Shown here: one piece after another, positions 8,414-21,000 of the stretch
Layout of the letters: each line of letters opens with the position of its first letter
Position numbering within the stretch: the stretch's first letter is position 1
Virus record (IMG/VR): IMGVR_UViG_3300044267_002921
Coordinates: 1-28,553 of that record
Source of the DNA: a virus
Lineage: Duplodnaviria; Caudoviricetes
Direction: 5' to 3' (one strand)
Length of the DNA: 28,553 nt
Position numbers and translations under genes: made by a program
The notes under the pieces: generated by a model
Database searches by the model: none
Told to the model about the DNA's origin: nothing
The model's input: the letters and a program-made list of their open reading frames with translations, nothing else

Positions 8414-8877
8414 TGGCTACATTTGACAGCAGACAATTAGACGCCCCTATGTCCGGACCTGATCGAGATGAGTTTACTTCTCGCATGGCACTAGAGCGTA
8501 AAAAACGAAATGTTATCAGAAATCATTTAGCGGCTTTGCGTAGAGAAAGTAAGAAAAACGCTCCTGAAACTTTTAAGCTTTTAGATTTAGCTAAACGAGA
8601 AGGATTACGTGTCGTAGGAACCGATAATGTTCCCAGAATGCGTCAAAAAGTTTTACAAGATATGTCTATGGATAGGCAAGCTCTTATAGATGACGTGATA
8701 GCTAAAAGACAAATTACTCAAGACGTCCCCGTTAGACAACCAAGAAGACGTTTTGATCCTCAAGTAGCCCCCACCCAATCAACAGAAGACAAAGAAGCAC
8801 TTCAGCAAGATTATCAAGATTTTGATAATCAAGTGTACGGAGGTATCGTTGAAAACGAATTTAATATAATTTCATAA
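8413..8877 (+). CDS. Hypothetical protein, possibly internal virion protein
   Basis: 154-aa charged helical ORF with a TAATG overlap with the previous gene. Confidence 0.7.
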   Translation: MATFDSRQLDAPMSGPDRDEFTSRMALERKKRNVIRNHLAALRRESKKNAPETFKLLDLAKREGLRVVGTDNVPRMRQKVLQDMSMDRQALIDDVIAKRQITQDVPVRQPRRRFDPQVAPTQSTEDKEALQQDYQDFDNQVYGGIVENEFNIIS

Positions 8878-8895
8878 TTTAACAAAACACATAAA

Positions 8896-10710
8896 ATGGC
8901 AGATCCACAAAACCCAAAATCATTCCCAAGTTCTCAAAGGTATGGGATAAACATGAGAGAACCAAAACCACTCAAAAAGACTAAAAATAGTTCTGCGGGT
9001 AAACGTCCTAGTAACTTACAATGGTTACACGACACTTTACAGTGGGGAGGTTTGTTGCCCTTTGGAGTAACAGAAGCTTTTGACCTTATAGACGCAGGTA
9101 TATATACACTAGAAGGAAATTTACCGGAGGCGGGAATGTCGTTGGCGGCAGTGGTTCCGGGAGCAAGTGTTATAACTCAAGGTAAAAGATCAGCAGATAG
9201 ACTACAGAAAGCTAGTGATGCGGGTAAAAAATTAGCTTCAGAAACAACTGAGCTAGCTAAAAAAGCTGCACAAGCTGAAAAAGCAGGAAACATAGCAAAG
9301 GCCGACAAACTTGCTAAACAAGCTCGAGACAAAGCAACTAAAGGTAAAGCAAAAGTAGACGCTGAGTTTAAAACTGCTCAGAAAAAATTTGATGATGTTT
9401 TCACCCCAGCTTCTAAAGAAAGAAAAGGTCTTGAGCCTGCTGATTTAGGACCAACTCAAAGAAACATTGTTCGAGATAAAGAGCTAGAGTTAACTGGAAG
9501 TCCAAATAGAAGGATTACAGGAGCTTCCGGAAGGCAGTTAAAGAGAGAGGCTAAGAAACAAACCCAAGATTTAGAAAAAGGTCGAACTTCATCTATATTA
9601 CAAAAACGAGCCGCAGATAGAGATGTCAGTGCGGCTGGACGTAGTGCTGGCAAAACGTTAGCTGAAACAGGGACTAGGGCTAGGGTAGATTTTGGAAAAG
9701 CTTTTGACGACATCCCTAGAAATGCTCGTCAAGGGGAACTACTTAGCCCAAATAGTTTTGGTAAGGGGGGAGGTCTAGGTAGAGGTTTAAGTAGGTTTGG
9801 CGGAGATATGAGGAGAGCTGTAACAGATAAACCCTTTACCACAGCTCAAAGAGCTATAGTTGAAAACCCAAAAACAGCCGGAGTTTTGGCTGCAACGGCA
9901 GTAGGCACTAAGTTGGCTAGAGACCCTGTAGAAACACCATCAGAAGCCAAAACTGCGATTGACGAATTTCAACAGCGAAGAGATCGAGATGCAATGCTTT
10001 TAAAATCGAGAGAAAGTAATAAAGCTCCGGCAAGTACTGCTTCAACATCAAGTCCAGCTCAAGGAGCGGCTCAAGGAGCGGCCCAATATACAAGAAGTGG
10101 GGGTGGGGGCGGACTAATAATGCCAGAAGGTCAAAAACTGATGGAAAAATATTCGGGCGGTGTGGCACCTAAACAAACACCTACACAAACACCTAAACCT
10201 CCTAAAGGTTCAAGTGATGAGGGTAAAACCCCAAAAGCTATAGATGTAATTAATTCAATCCGTGGTAAAGGTGGGGATAAACAAAAACCATCATCTGGTT
10301 TACCCGGGCGAGGTTTATCATATTTAAGGACTCCTGACGAAGTTCGTGCTAGAATTGCAGAAGGTCAGAAGAGTTTAAGCCAAGACCCAACTTCTATGGT
10401 TTTTAGAAACCCTGAAACAAAAGCAAGGTTTCAAGCAGGAGTACCCATAAATGATCGTTTTGCAAGGTTACGAGCACAAAATTACCCTGATGAACCTGTA
10501 CCACAGATGAGTTCTCCACAACCTCGTAAAAACCCTTATATGGTTGGCCCGGCTCCTTCAGCAGAGGGTTTTGAAGACACTCCTGAAAACAGACAGCGGA
10601 TTAAAGACTTAGGTTATGGAGATTTATTAGAAGACGAAGAAAGGAAAAAAGGAAGAGCTCGTAGGCGTACTGCACTAGATATGCTTAGAGGACGTAAACG
10701 TGGAGTATAA
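8896..10710 (+). CDS. Putative internal virion/ejection protein, basic and largely low-complexity
   Basis: 604 aa, K/R/A/G/P-rich. The N-terminal hydrophobic motif resembles a pre-toxin linker. First of three genes leading to the giant protein. Confidence 0.6.
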   Translation: MADPQNPKSFPSSQRYGINMREPKPLKKTKNSSAGKRPSNLQWLHDTLQWGGLLPFGVTEAFDLIDAGIYTLEGNLPEAGMSLAAVVPGASVITQGKRSADRLQKASDAGKKLASETTELAKKAAQAEKAGNIAKADKLAKQARDKATKGKAKVDAEFKTAQKKFDDVFTPASKERKGLEPADLGPTQRNIVRDKELELTGSPNRRITGASGRQLKREAKKQTQDLEKGRTSSILQKRAADRDVSAAGRSAGKTLAETGTRARVDFGKAFDDIPRNARQGELLSPNSFGKGGGLGRGLSRFGGDMRRAVTDKPFTTAQRAIVENPKTAGVLAATAVGTKLARDPVETPSEAKTAIDEFQQRRDRDAMLLKSRESNKAPASTASTSSPAQGAAQGAAQYTRSGGGGGLIMPEGQKLMEKYSGGVAPKQTPTQTPKPPKGSSDEGKTPKAIDVINSIRGKGGDKQKPSSGLPGRGLSYLRTPDEVRARIAEGQKSLSQDPTSMVFRNPETKARFQAGVPINDRFARLRAQNYPDEPVPQMSSPQPRKNPYMVGPAPSAEGFEDTPENRQRIKDLGYGDLLEDEERKKGRARRRTALDMLRGRKRGV

Positions 10711-10712
10711 AC

Positions 10713-12077
10713 ATGGTCGATAATATTAGATTTGCTGCCGACGAAGTTCTCGGAGCTAACTCTCTTACAGGGTCAAATTTATTTGACCCTATACCATTTC
10801 CGTCGGGTTTAGATAGTAGTACTTACGCTACTATGGCTCGTAGAGTTTTGGATGATACTGTAGATAGGCAACGAAAAGTATCTTCTTCTTTAAAAGATAG
10901 GTTGGATCAAGAAGACACTCTACGAAAATTAGAGGTTCAAAAAACCCAAGATTCAGCTTTAGATGAACTTAATAAGTTAGATCCTTTAGATAAAAACTTT
11001 AGTCAGGATGTGGCAATGTTTGCTGAAGTAGCTGCCTATTCTCCGGCTATAGCTAACGCTCTTAGTGCTAAACAAAATTTAGCGAGAAACTATAATACTA
11101 TACTTGGAGGGGTAGTTAAAGATTTAGGAGCATCTAATTTGACCGGGGAGGAAACTGCACTTACGTATAGTATGGCAGAATCTTTGTTGAAACAAGGAGG
11201 GCCGTCTGGTCGTGTTTTAAATATATTTCGAGCTAATCTTGCTAGAAAAGCAATCAACGACACCCAAGAAAGACAGCTACAGTTTAATAAATCTAAGGCG
11301 TCAACCTATGATGCTTTGGAACCTAAGCTTATAAATATTGTTGGCGAAATAGATGGAGTTAATTCTGTAGAAGAACTAGCTGATTTAGTGGCACCCACAT
11401 CAAAACTCGTAGATTTGAGTGAGACAACCCCAGAAGAACGCGAAGCCCTGAAGAGAAATTATAATATAAGTAAAGATGATCTGAAAATATTAGATGGGTC
11501 GGATGGCGGGACGCTAGAGAATAAACAGATAAAAGTCACTGAAAGAAAGGATATGCTCGAGCAAAATCTTTTTAATTCGTATTTTCAAAACGAAGATATA
11601 AAGGAAGAGGATAAAGAGAAACTTTATAGAGATTTACTTTCATTTGATGACCCTCAAGCTTTCTTAGGTTCTGGTATTTTAAGTGATTATTTAAATACTT
11701 CTAGTGTGTACGAAGCTGCAAAAGCACAAGCTAAATCAAATGATCAAGATTTATCTTTATCTTTAAATGATTTTAAAGATGAAAATGAAGTTGGTTTTGA
11801 ACAACACGAGCAGGAAGTAGCAGATAAAAAGGCTAGGGCTACAGATATATTTAACAAAATTAAAAATTTAAGGGATAATAAATCTAAAGCATCTGCTTAT
11901 TTTGGATCTAGAGCTGGTAGAAAAAAACTTGAAGATCTAAGAGCTTTACAGAATTCTAGAAGACCTATAGTTGAGTCTGCTTCAAACATAGACCCTTCTG
12001 AGACTTCTGCTGGTAAAGCATTTTTAGATAGCTTACAGAACAGGCAAGTCTTTGGGGATATATCAGCAGGAAGATAA
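10713..12077 (+). CDS. Putative internal virion/ejection protein, acidic helical
   Basis: 454 aa, helical, with no Cys or Trp. Immediately upstream of the giant protein. Confidence 0.6.
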   Translation: MVDNIRFAADEVLGANSLTGSNLFDPIPFPSGLDSSTYATMARRVLDDTVDRQRKVSSSLKDRLDQEDTLRKLEVQKTQDSALDELNKLDPLDKNFSQDVAMFAEVAAYSPAIANALSAKQNLARNYNTILGGVVKDLGASNLTGEETALTYSMAESLLKQGGPSGRVLNIFRANLARKAINDTQERQLQFNKSKASTYDALEPKLINIVGEIDGVNSVEELADLVAPTSKLVDLSETTPEEREALKRNYNISKDDLKILDGSDGGTLENKQIKVTERKDMLEQNLFNSYFQNEDIKEEDKEKLYRDLLSFDDPQAFLGSGILSDYLNTSSVYEAAKAQAKSNDQDLSLSLNDFKDENEVGFEQHEQEVADKKARATDIFNKIKNLRDNKSKASAYFGSRAGRKKLEDLRALQNSRRPIVESASNIDPSETSAGKAFLDSLQNRQVFGDISAGR

Positions 12078-12089
12078 CATTTTAAACTT

Positions 12090-15000
12090 ATGTCAGAAAC
12101 ATTAGCCACATGGTCTGAAGTTGAAGTCGAGCCTTTTTATCAAGAGCTATCCACAGAAAATAAACTAAAAGCTTTATATGAGTGGGAAGATTTAAACTAT
12201 CCTTACATATCTAAATCGACGCCCGACAGGATGCGTAACTTTCGTTTAGGTTTTTATGAAAAAGAAGCCCGCATAAAGTTTCCTGAACTACCTGACGATG
12301 AGATTAGAGACGTCATTGAAGGTAGGATTGTAAACACAGAAAAAGATTTTTTAGCAGGAATTCAGCGGACTAAGAGTAGGGATGCAAGGTTTAACAGTTT
12401 AAAAGCTGGTAGAAGTTTATATAGAAACGAAGAAATAGTTTTAAACGACGTCGAGAAAAAATGGATGGATGATAATGATATTGATAATTCATTTGATACA
12501 TCTTGGATGGTTCGTAAAGGGCTAGATGAAAAAGACCCTGAAGCTACTGAAATTAATTACGCTGTAGCTGCTTTTGGTAAAGATGAGTTTACTAATCGAA
12601 TACTTTCAAACGACTTACTAACAGATGGGCAAAAACATAAAGCAATTGCAAACTTTGATAAATATAACTCCCACGCTGTAGATGATTTTGTAGGATATAT
12701 TAATTCTAAACGTTTAGATACTTACGGAGTTGAGTTTCAAGCAGACGAAGAAGATGAGGTTTTAAACGTAAAGTACAACCCAATGTTTTCGACGGCTGAA
12801 AGGGTAAAAGCTATACGAGAACAAAAAGAAGATTACAAGCCATCAGAAGAAGTTATAAATAATTTAATTACTCGATGGGCATCTAAACGTGGTTTAGGGG
12901 GAGTTTCAGATATAAGTCCTGAGTTAAGAGAAAAACTGGCGGACTTCTATACAGACGGTTTATTATATAATAAAGAAACGTGGGGAGATGAGGCGGTTAA
13001 AAAAGATAGTTTTGGTGATCCTGTAGTTAATCCTAATTATGTAAATAATTACTTTTCAACTGGAGATATTATTTCTGATGAGAATGTTAGAAATAAACTT
13101 AAAACTCAAAACGTCCCCGAAGTAACTATCGAAGGTTTTCTTAATCAAAAACAACAACAAGAAAATCAAATAGCTTCAGCTTTAATTGATCAGATATATA
13201 AGTTAGCTCCTACAGAAGTTTCAGAATCTAAGGGCGTTACAGGAGCTGTTACAGGCTTAACAAAATTTGTTAACTTTGTAGAGGCCAATAAAAAAGAAGG
13301 TTTAGAGCCTAGAGAAATAATAGAGAAATATAAACAAGACCACAAAGGTAATTACATTTCTAATATAGCAGCCCCACTGTTTGGGGGAGCAGTGTTAGCT
13401 GGGAGTCAAATAGCGAGAAACATTCAAGGTACAGCTTTAAGTTTAGCGGGCGTTGATTATGGAGACGAACTTATTGAAACTAAGGCTACTTTTGATGAAG
13501 GTGTTCAATTATTAGATAACTTAAGAGGATCGACTTCTAAATATGCTAGGATGATAGGGGAAGAAATAGGTCTGCTATTAAAAACTGGGGGAACAAGTAC
13601 TCTTGTTAGACGAGTCACTCCTTGGTTTAGGGCGAATAGAGTTAAAGCTAACCACAAAAATATAGCTGACAGATTAAATAAACTAGCAGCTAATATAGAA
13701 GTTGGGGACACATTACAAAACGCCAGCAATTTAAAAAAATTTACTGATAGATTAGCTTTTGAAGGTTATGCAGGGTTACAGACATCTAGAGCCTTAACTA
13801 ATTTTTATTCTAACTCTTACCTAACTACTAAAAATGAGTTGATCGAAGCGGGGGTAGACGAAAGCGAAGCTAAACAAATTGCAAGAGACGGTTCTATTAT
13901 GCCCTCAATGTTAGCAGGTGCTGTTACGTACGGACTGATGAAAGTTTTCCCAGATGGTGCAGAAGCTTTCTTTTCTAAAGCTAATAATCAACTTACTAAA
14001 ACAGAGTTAGCCGCAGCTTTGCAGGTCAATAAAAATGACTTAGGTAAACTTCTGGGTAACCCAACTTTTAAAAAAGAAGTTTCAAATTTCTTAACAGAGG
14101 AACTTGGATGGAAACGTTTGTTAAAAGGAGGTTTAGTTAGGACAAGTAAAGGAGCTTTAATAGGAGGTGGCAGGGAAGCTATAGAGGAAGGGTCTGCTGA
14201 GTTCCTTGAAGGTCTTATAGAGATGTGGACTTTTAACGAAGATTTAACTTTAGTTGAAGCCGCTAAAGGTGCTGGGGTAGGAGCCGCTATTGGAGGTATA
14301 TTAGGTTTAGGTGTTGGGGGTTTAAGGTCATACAAAAATAACACAGTTAATAACCCTGTTATTAACTATCGAGTTAATCGATTACGGACGTTAGCCGATT
14401 CTATACAGGGCAATAATCCTAGAACTGCCGCTGTATTAACAGAACGTGCTGATAAAATTGAACAGGACACTTTAGTCGAACAGGATCAAACATCGGAAGT
14501 TGAAGTAGCATCTGAAGAAGCATCTGATTTAGATTTACAACGTGAGTTTATAACAAACGATTTATATAACTTAAGTACAGACGCCTCAAATATTAGTGAC
14601 GACTTATCTCCTGAAGATCGATTAGCTGAAGCAGAAGAACTTTACAAAAGAATTAACGCCGTTGTACAAGAAAAGTTACCTGAAAGATTACATAAACAAA
14701 ACCTTTTTCATGCTCGAGATATTATAACAAAACAAGCTCAAGTAGGTAATGAAATGTTTGCTCGGTCGGATGCCGAGATGTTAGATAATTTATTTACTGA
14801 AATAAACTCTGATTTAGATTTAGACAGTGCCGAAGCTCAAGATTTAGTTCGTTTTAAAAATGATGATATTAAGAGAGCTAGCTATAAGTCTAGAAAAAGT
14901 ATCTTAAGAAGGCTTCGCAATATTGCAGACAGCGATCCGTCAGAAGAAACTGAAAAACTTATTACAGGGTTTGAGGCAAGTTTGAGGGCTTTAGAAGCAG

Positions 15001-18000
15001 CCGCTGCGATCAACACATACACAGGTGTAGAAACAAATCCAAAAGTCTACGCTAACATATTTAAAAGTTTAAATAGATGGTTAGAGAACTTTCAAGATGT
15101 TAATGAAGCGTTCGCTAATAATGAAATTACTATTCCTGATCTTTTAAATGAAGTTAGAGGTAAGGGCAAAGCTTCTATCCCACAGTTGTATGGGTTAGCC
15201 AACAGTCAATTTAAAAAAGCTGTTAACCTATATACAGATAATGGAAAGAATGCAGACAAACTTTCTGCTATACAAAGAGAGTTATACATTTATAACTTAA
15301 AAGATTTCTTTAAACCTGACGCAGTTTTTCAATTACCTTCATACAAAAATTTAGAAATAACTTCTGTATCAGACGATCCGGGCGCAGTAGACGTAATGGT
15401 AAGACCTGTTTTAAACGCAGTTGCAGGTAGTCCCACGTTAGCTGACGCTAAAAGTAGATTTGAAGCAGGGGTTATTGATGAGAGTCAGTTAAGGGATGTT
15501 TCTAGAGGTTTAGTAACTGATTATATTGGTAGGGAAGGGGTAAATTTAAGTGAAGCTGATCAGGAGTTTGCTTCTGATTTGATGCTCTCAGATACTTTTA
15601 TAAGAGCAGGTGAAGACGCTACTACAAACTTATCCGAACCTAACGCTATAAATATTGTAGCAGAACAGTTTATAGAACACCTTAAAGAGGTTTATCCAAA
15701 CCAAGATTTAAATCAGTTAGATGCTAATCAATTAGTAGAGGCTTATGACTCATTTGCTTTAGTAGGACAAAATGTGGGGAGGTTAATGAGCCGAGTAATA
15801 CCAGCAGCAGGGTACCCTAACTTTATAGAAGACTTAACAAACTTAGCAAAACAAACATCTCCTAGAAACTTTGCCCCAACAGAAACTGAAGATGTTGATA
15901 CAGGTGATGAGATAGAGACTTTTGATGTAGAGGGGGATATAGTTGATAACGAACCTTCTAATGTTGAAGGCGACTTAGTAAAAATATATAACAGAGCAAA
16001 CGATTTTTTAGAAAGCAACGACATTTCAGGTGGGGCAACTTACTTAGACAATCAATTAAATTCTGGGGTTCTTAAAGGGTTAAACATTGATTTAATTAGC
16101 CCTACTGAAGTTACAGAAGAATCTTTACGTCAAGATGTTAGTACAATACTAAGATACAACAACGAAAATAAAAATACAGAAATTGTTGAGACTAAAAAAA
16201 TTCCTACATATCAAATATCTAACAAACTTACAACCAGTCTAGACGATCATATTAAACCTTTTATAAAAAATGGAGTATACCTCACTAAATCTTCTTTCAT
16301 TAAAAAAGGGCAGGCATCACCTAAAAAAATATCAAAGGATGAAAGAAAAGCTTTAAAGGAAGCTAACCAAAATATCGCAGAACTTTACCCCATCAAAGAA
16401 ATAGATAATCCTCAAGATTTAAAAGTCAACATGCACCGAGGTGTAAAGGATGTTGTACGAGGTGTAACAAATTACGCACAACTTTTAGACAAGAAAGCGT
16501 TATATACTTTTCATTCAGTAGAGGACTCTGAAGGAAATTTTGTTTTTACTAACAACCCTTACTCAGTAGCTAAGTGGCTGTCCACGAACAAAAAAGAGTC
16601 GGGGAAAAATACTGAACTAAATGATCCTATTAAATTACCGAAAGAGTACACAACAAAAGAAGGTAAACGATTATTAAACAAGGCTTTTACTTTAAGTAAA
16701 GATGGTACTGAAATCATAGGGGTAAAGATAAACATGCCCCCCGGAAAAGAGGCATCTAACTTTGCTGAAGTAGAAGCAGGGAATAGAGGAAAAATTTTAT
16801 CTGCCTTTAGTGAGTATAACAAGGTTAAGTCAACTAAACCTAGTGACAAAAGAAAAGAAAAGAAAGGCATTTCAGATGAGTTAGCTAGTGAGCTCGGCCT
16901 TGCTTCAGATTTTGAGAAAGTAAAATATGATCCACAAAAAGGAAATACTCTTGTTGATGATGAGTTAAGAACCTTTTTTAAAGGTGCTGTAAATCCTGAC
17001 GTATTTAAAGAAGGGAACGTTGTAGGTAAAAACATAATTAAATTTTTATCTGAGCAAGTTTCTGAAGTAGACTCTCTAGAAGTTATACCAACTCTTTTAA
17101 GAAGTATTTTTAAAACAAGGCTGGCTAATTCAATCCCAACAAGAATAAGAAATGATCAAGCTGGTATAGATGTTGTCAACAAAGTTTGGGATGCGTGGTT
17201 AAAAGATCTTACGACTTTAAACTATGGATCTAAAGATAAATTGATACCTCTGGGTTATAAGAATGAATTTAAAAATCTTATAGAAAACAGTGCAGGGTTT
17301 GTAGAGGGGCAAGGCCCCGCACAATTAATTTTTGGAAATCCTAAAGAAACTAAAGCTTACTTCTTAGGAGATTCAGTTCCTGAAAAAATAATTTTAGATC
17401 AAAAATATAATAAATCTTATAAAGATATAGATCACTTTAAACAACTATTTAGTAATAGACCTACTAATTCTGTTGAAGATGCTTTAACTGGTGCGGCTGA
17501 CATTGCCGATATAAATGAAAATAATGTTTTATCTCAGTCTAAAGCTGACACTAAAATTCCTTTTATCTCTAATAAAAATGTTAGTTCAGCCGTTTTAAGG
17601 AAAGCAGCAGCTTTAGTTAAAGCAGAGTTAGACGAGTTAGGGGTCAAGGATAACAACCCTGAAACTTTAAGGGATGCTCTTCAGTTAATAGTTATAGGAG
17701 CTCAAGAAGGTAAATATGGAGAACAGTATGGGAACGTAGCTTCTTTACTTTTAAATAGTGGGCTTTTAGACACAGATAATATAACCCTAAGAGTAGGTGA
17801 GATTGAAGAAAGTTTATCAGGGTATTACACAGAAACTCCTACAGGAAAAGTTATAGCAATTAGTGATTCTGTATCAAATGGAAAAGGGGCGCATGATTTA
17901 GTTATACACGAAGTATTACACAGCGTGTTAGATAACCTTGTAACAAACCCTAAAAACTCAGATCAATTACTAGCTGTAACCGCTTTAGATACTTTAATAG

Positions 18001-21000
18001 ATAAAGGTAGAGAATATTTTGAATCTTTAACTGAAAACAGGTTGGGGGCTGCTAAACGGGCAAACTTACAAGCGGTCAAAGAAGCTGAAACATTTAAAAC
18101 AAGTTACCTTAAATCGTACATAGAAAATTCTGATTCTCCTTTTAAGGAAGATTTTGCCGAGAACCCTACGGATGTTCAGTTACAGAATATGTATGTTTTA
18201 ATAAGAAGAGACGAGCTTAAGTATTCTTCTTATGGAAACGATATAGTTCAGTTATCTCATGCGTTCGGTATAAATAAAGATAATTTTTTCTTAGACCCCC
18301 AGACTTCGAGAAAAGAATTTATAACACACTTATTAACAGATCCAACTTTACACTGGTACTTAAAGGAAATAGGTAAGTTAGAGTCTAGAGGGTCTCTTTG
18401 GAATCGAATGACTAGAGCTTTATCTAAAGGCTTAGGTATAGAAAACGATGACACCCAAGGATTAATTTTACAGGCTTTTATAGGTAACCTCGATGGAGGT
18501 GAAAACTATGTAGACCATTCAACTATGAAAGGTCTACAAGAGATAGCCGGAGTTAGTATACAAGATTTATACAACGCTGCCAGTTACGTTGAAACCACAC
18601 CCGCCTTTACAGGACAGCCTTTAGAGTTTTCAGAAAACGCTGAACAATTTGAATACGTTAATAAACTGGGCAATGACTCTGTCATAAGAAATGCTGCCGC
18701 AGCCTTTAATGTAGAGATAACTCCAGTAGAAGAGTTTGACACTCCCGTTATAACAGGACGTTTGCAAGTTCAAGTACCTTCCGAAATAAACGAAGATACT
18801 GAAAGGTCTGTAATGTCTAAAATTTTAGCCTCTGCATACGCCGAAGCATTTCCACCGGGCTACAGAAAAGACGTTATAGCTAGCTTTAAAGATAGAGATC
18901 CGCAGATTGTAGATAAGTTTGAAGTACTAGCTGAAGAAGCAGGTTCATTTGAAGAGCTAATTGGAGACGCTCTAGTAGATGGATATTTTGAAAGCGACTA
19001 CGCTAACTTAAACTACAACGTTCCCTTACAAGATATTCGCAATACTATTTTGTTAGGCAACTTTGGACAGCGTATGGCTTCTCAGATGGATACCATGGTT
19101 AAAGCTGCTGACTCAGTTTTATCTGAACGAAGTTATGTAGCCGATTCTTTTATAGCAGATAAAAATGTAGACAGAAGATTAATAGCTTCTAAAGCTGCTA
19201 GAGAACTGGATTTAAAGGTGGGTCCAGATGCTTATGTTGAGTTTACCAAAGAGTCCATAGACACAAAGGTTCCCTTTGCTAACTTAATCAGGGACTCTGT
19301 AGATGATGAAACGACCATAGAAGAGTTGGAGAAAATTAGAGAATACCACTTAGACCAACTCGAAACGTATTCCAACAGTGTTTTATCAGACTCTAGAATA
19401 GCTGCTGCCCATGAAAAAATGCAACTAGGGGAGTTACCAGCAAGGTCTTACTCAAAAGCTTCTACCGCTTTAGACCTTACTGAAGAAGACCGCCAGAGCA
19501 AAAAGATTATTCCAAGTTCTTGGCGTCCGGCTTTAACTAAATTTAAAAATCTAATAGTTGCTAAGAAAGATCCTGAAAGAGATTTCGCTGATGAAGGTAA
19601 TACTGTAGATGAAATTTTAGACTTTTTAGAAGTCGCTAGTATACCAAAAGTTGGTAGAAGTGTACTTGATATAATTCCTCAAGGTTTCACTGTATCGGGT
19701 AGAGGTGGGGCTAAGTTCCAACGATTAGTTACGGAACTTCAAAATAAGTTATCTGGTACAAGAGCGAGGCTTCTAGGATATAGAACAGCGATACCTAAGT
19801 TAACCAAGGACTTAACAGGGTCTACTTTTGAAAATCTTTTAGAGAGTGACTGGAGTTACGAAGTTTCATCAGAACAGTCAACTGAACCTCATTGGCTTGA
19901 AACAAACATACGTAATGGAGTTAAATCTTATACCGCACAAGATTTATATAATGACATTAACGATATACTAGGTTCTACAGAAGATGACGTTTTAATAGAT
20001 GATTATTTAAATAACTCACCGACAGCTCCTTTCAAAGCCGCAAACAGAGAAAACCTACGAGACCAAAAGTTGAGGGAAATTGGTGTACATCTTTCTATTT
20101 ATGGTAAAAAGATGAGCAAAGTTAAAAAGCTTAGGCAGGACAATCAACTTAAACAAGCTAGTGTTCTTGAGCAGGAAGCTTTGAGTGCTAAGAACACTAG
20201 AGTAGAAGCCATTAAAGAAAAGTACAGTACTCTTGAAGTACAGCTATATACTGAAGCAGCTAACTTTTTTAGGGTAAAGCAGGAAAAAGCAATTAACAGG
20301 TTAAGAGATTTAGAAGATTCTTTCTTAGATGAGAGTTCTTTAGAAAACTCTATACTAGAAAACATTTTATCTTTAAGGAAAGACGTTGATAATCTATCAG
20401 GGGTAGTTCAAAACAGCGAGATTTTATCTAGGTCTGTTGGTAAAAGTAATAGTATTAAGCTAGCTAACCTCACCATTAAGATGGGGGCAGGTAATCAAAT
20501 ATACCTTACTAGATCTTATAAAGGTTTAGAAACTAGTGCGTACGATTATTGGTTATCTACTTTTGATGAAGAGGCTCAAAAAAGATACCAGTCAGGTTTT
20601 GAATACATGCACAAACAAATGGCTAAAGAGATGGCTGATTCTTGGATAGCTAGTCATCCCGAAATGTCTGCGGAAGAATTTAAAAGGGACGCTTTCAAAA
20701 AACTTTCAAAAGAACCAGAAAAAATACATGAGAGACTTAAAGATACTTTAAAGTCTTTCCAACGAACTAAGGGTGCTAATTCTTCTTTAGGGATAAGTAA
20801 CCCTAAAATATTATTACCTAGAACTGATTTACCTAAAGAACTAAGATTCTTTGCGGGGTCTTATCAAGATAACGTCTACAATGCTGGGCGTACTTTGATG
20901 AGTTTGAGTAACTTGGTAGCCAATGAAGAGTTTCTTATCAACGTTAAGGCTTTGTTAGAAGAAACTTCAAAAGAAACAGGAGCAGTAGCTATAACTAAAG

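Noticed and set aside
10057-10200. 12-bp tandem duplications (AQGA x2; PKQT/PTQT/PKP) in the 604-aa gene
   Set aside because: In-frame slippage repeats in a low-complexity linker, which is ordinary.
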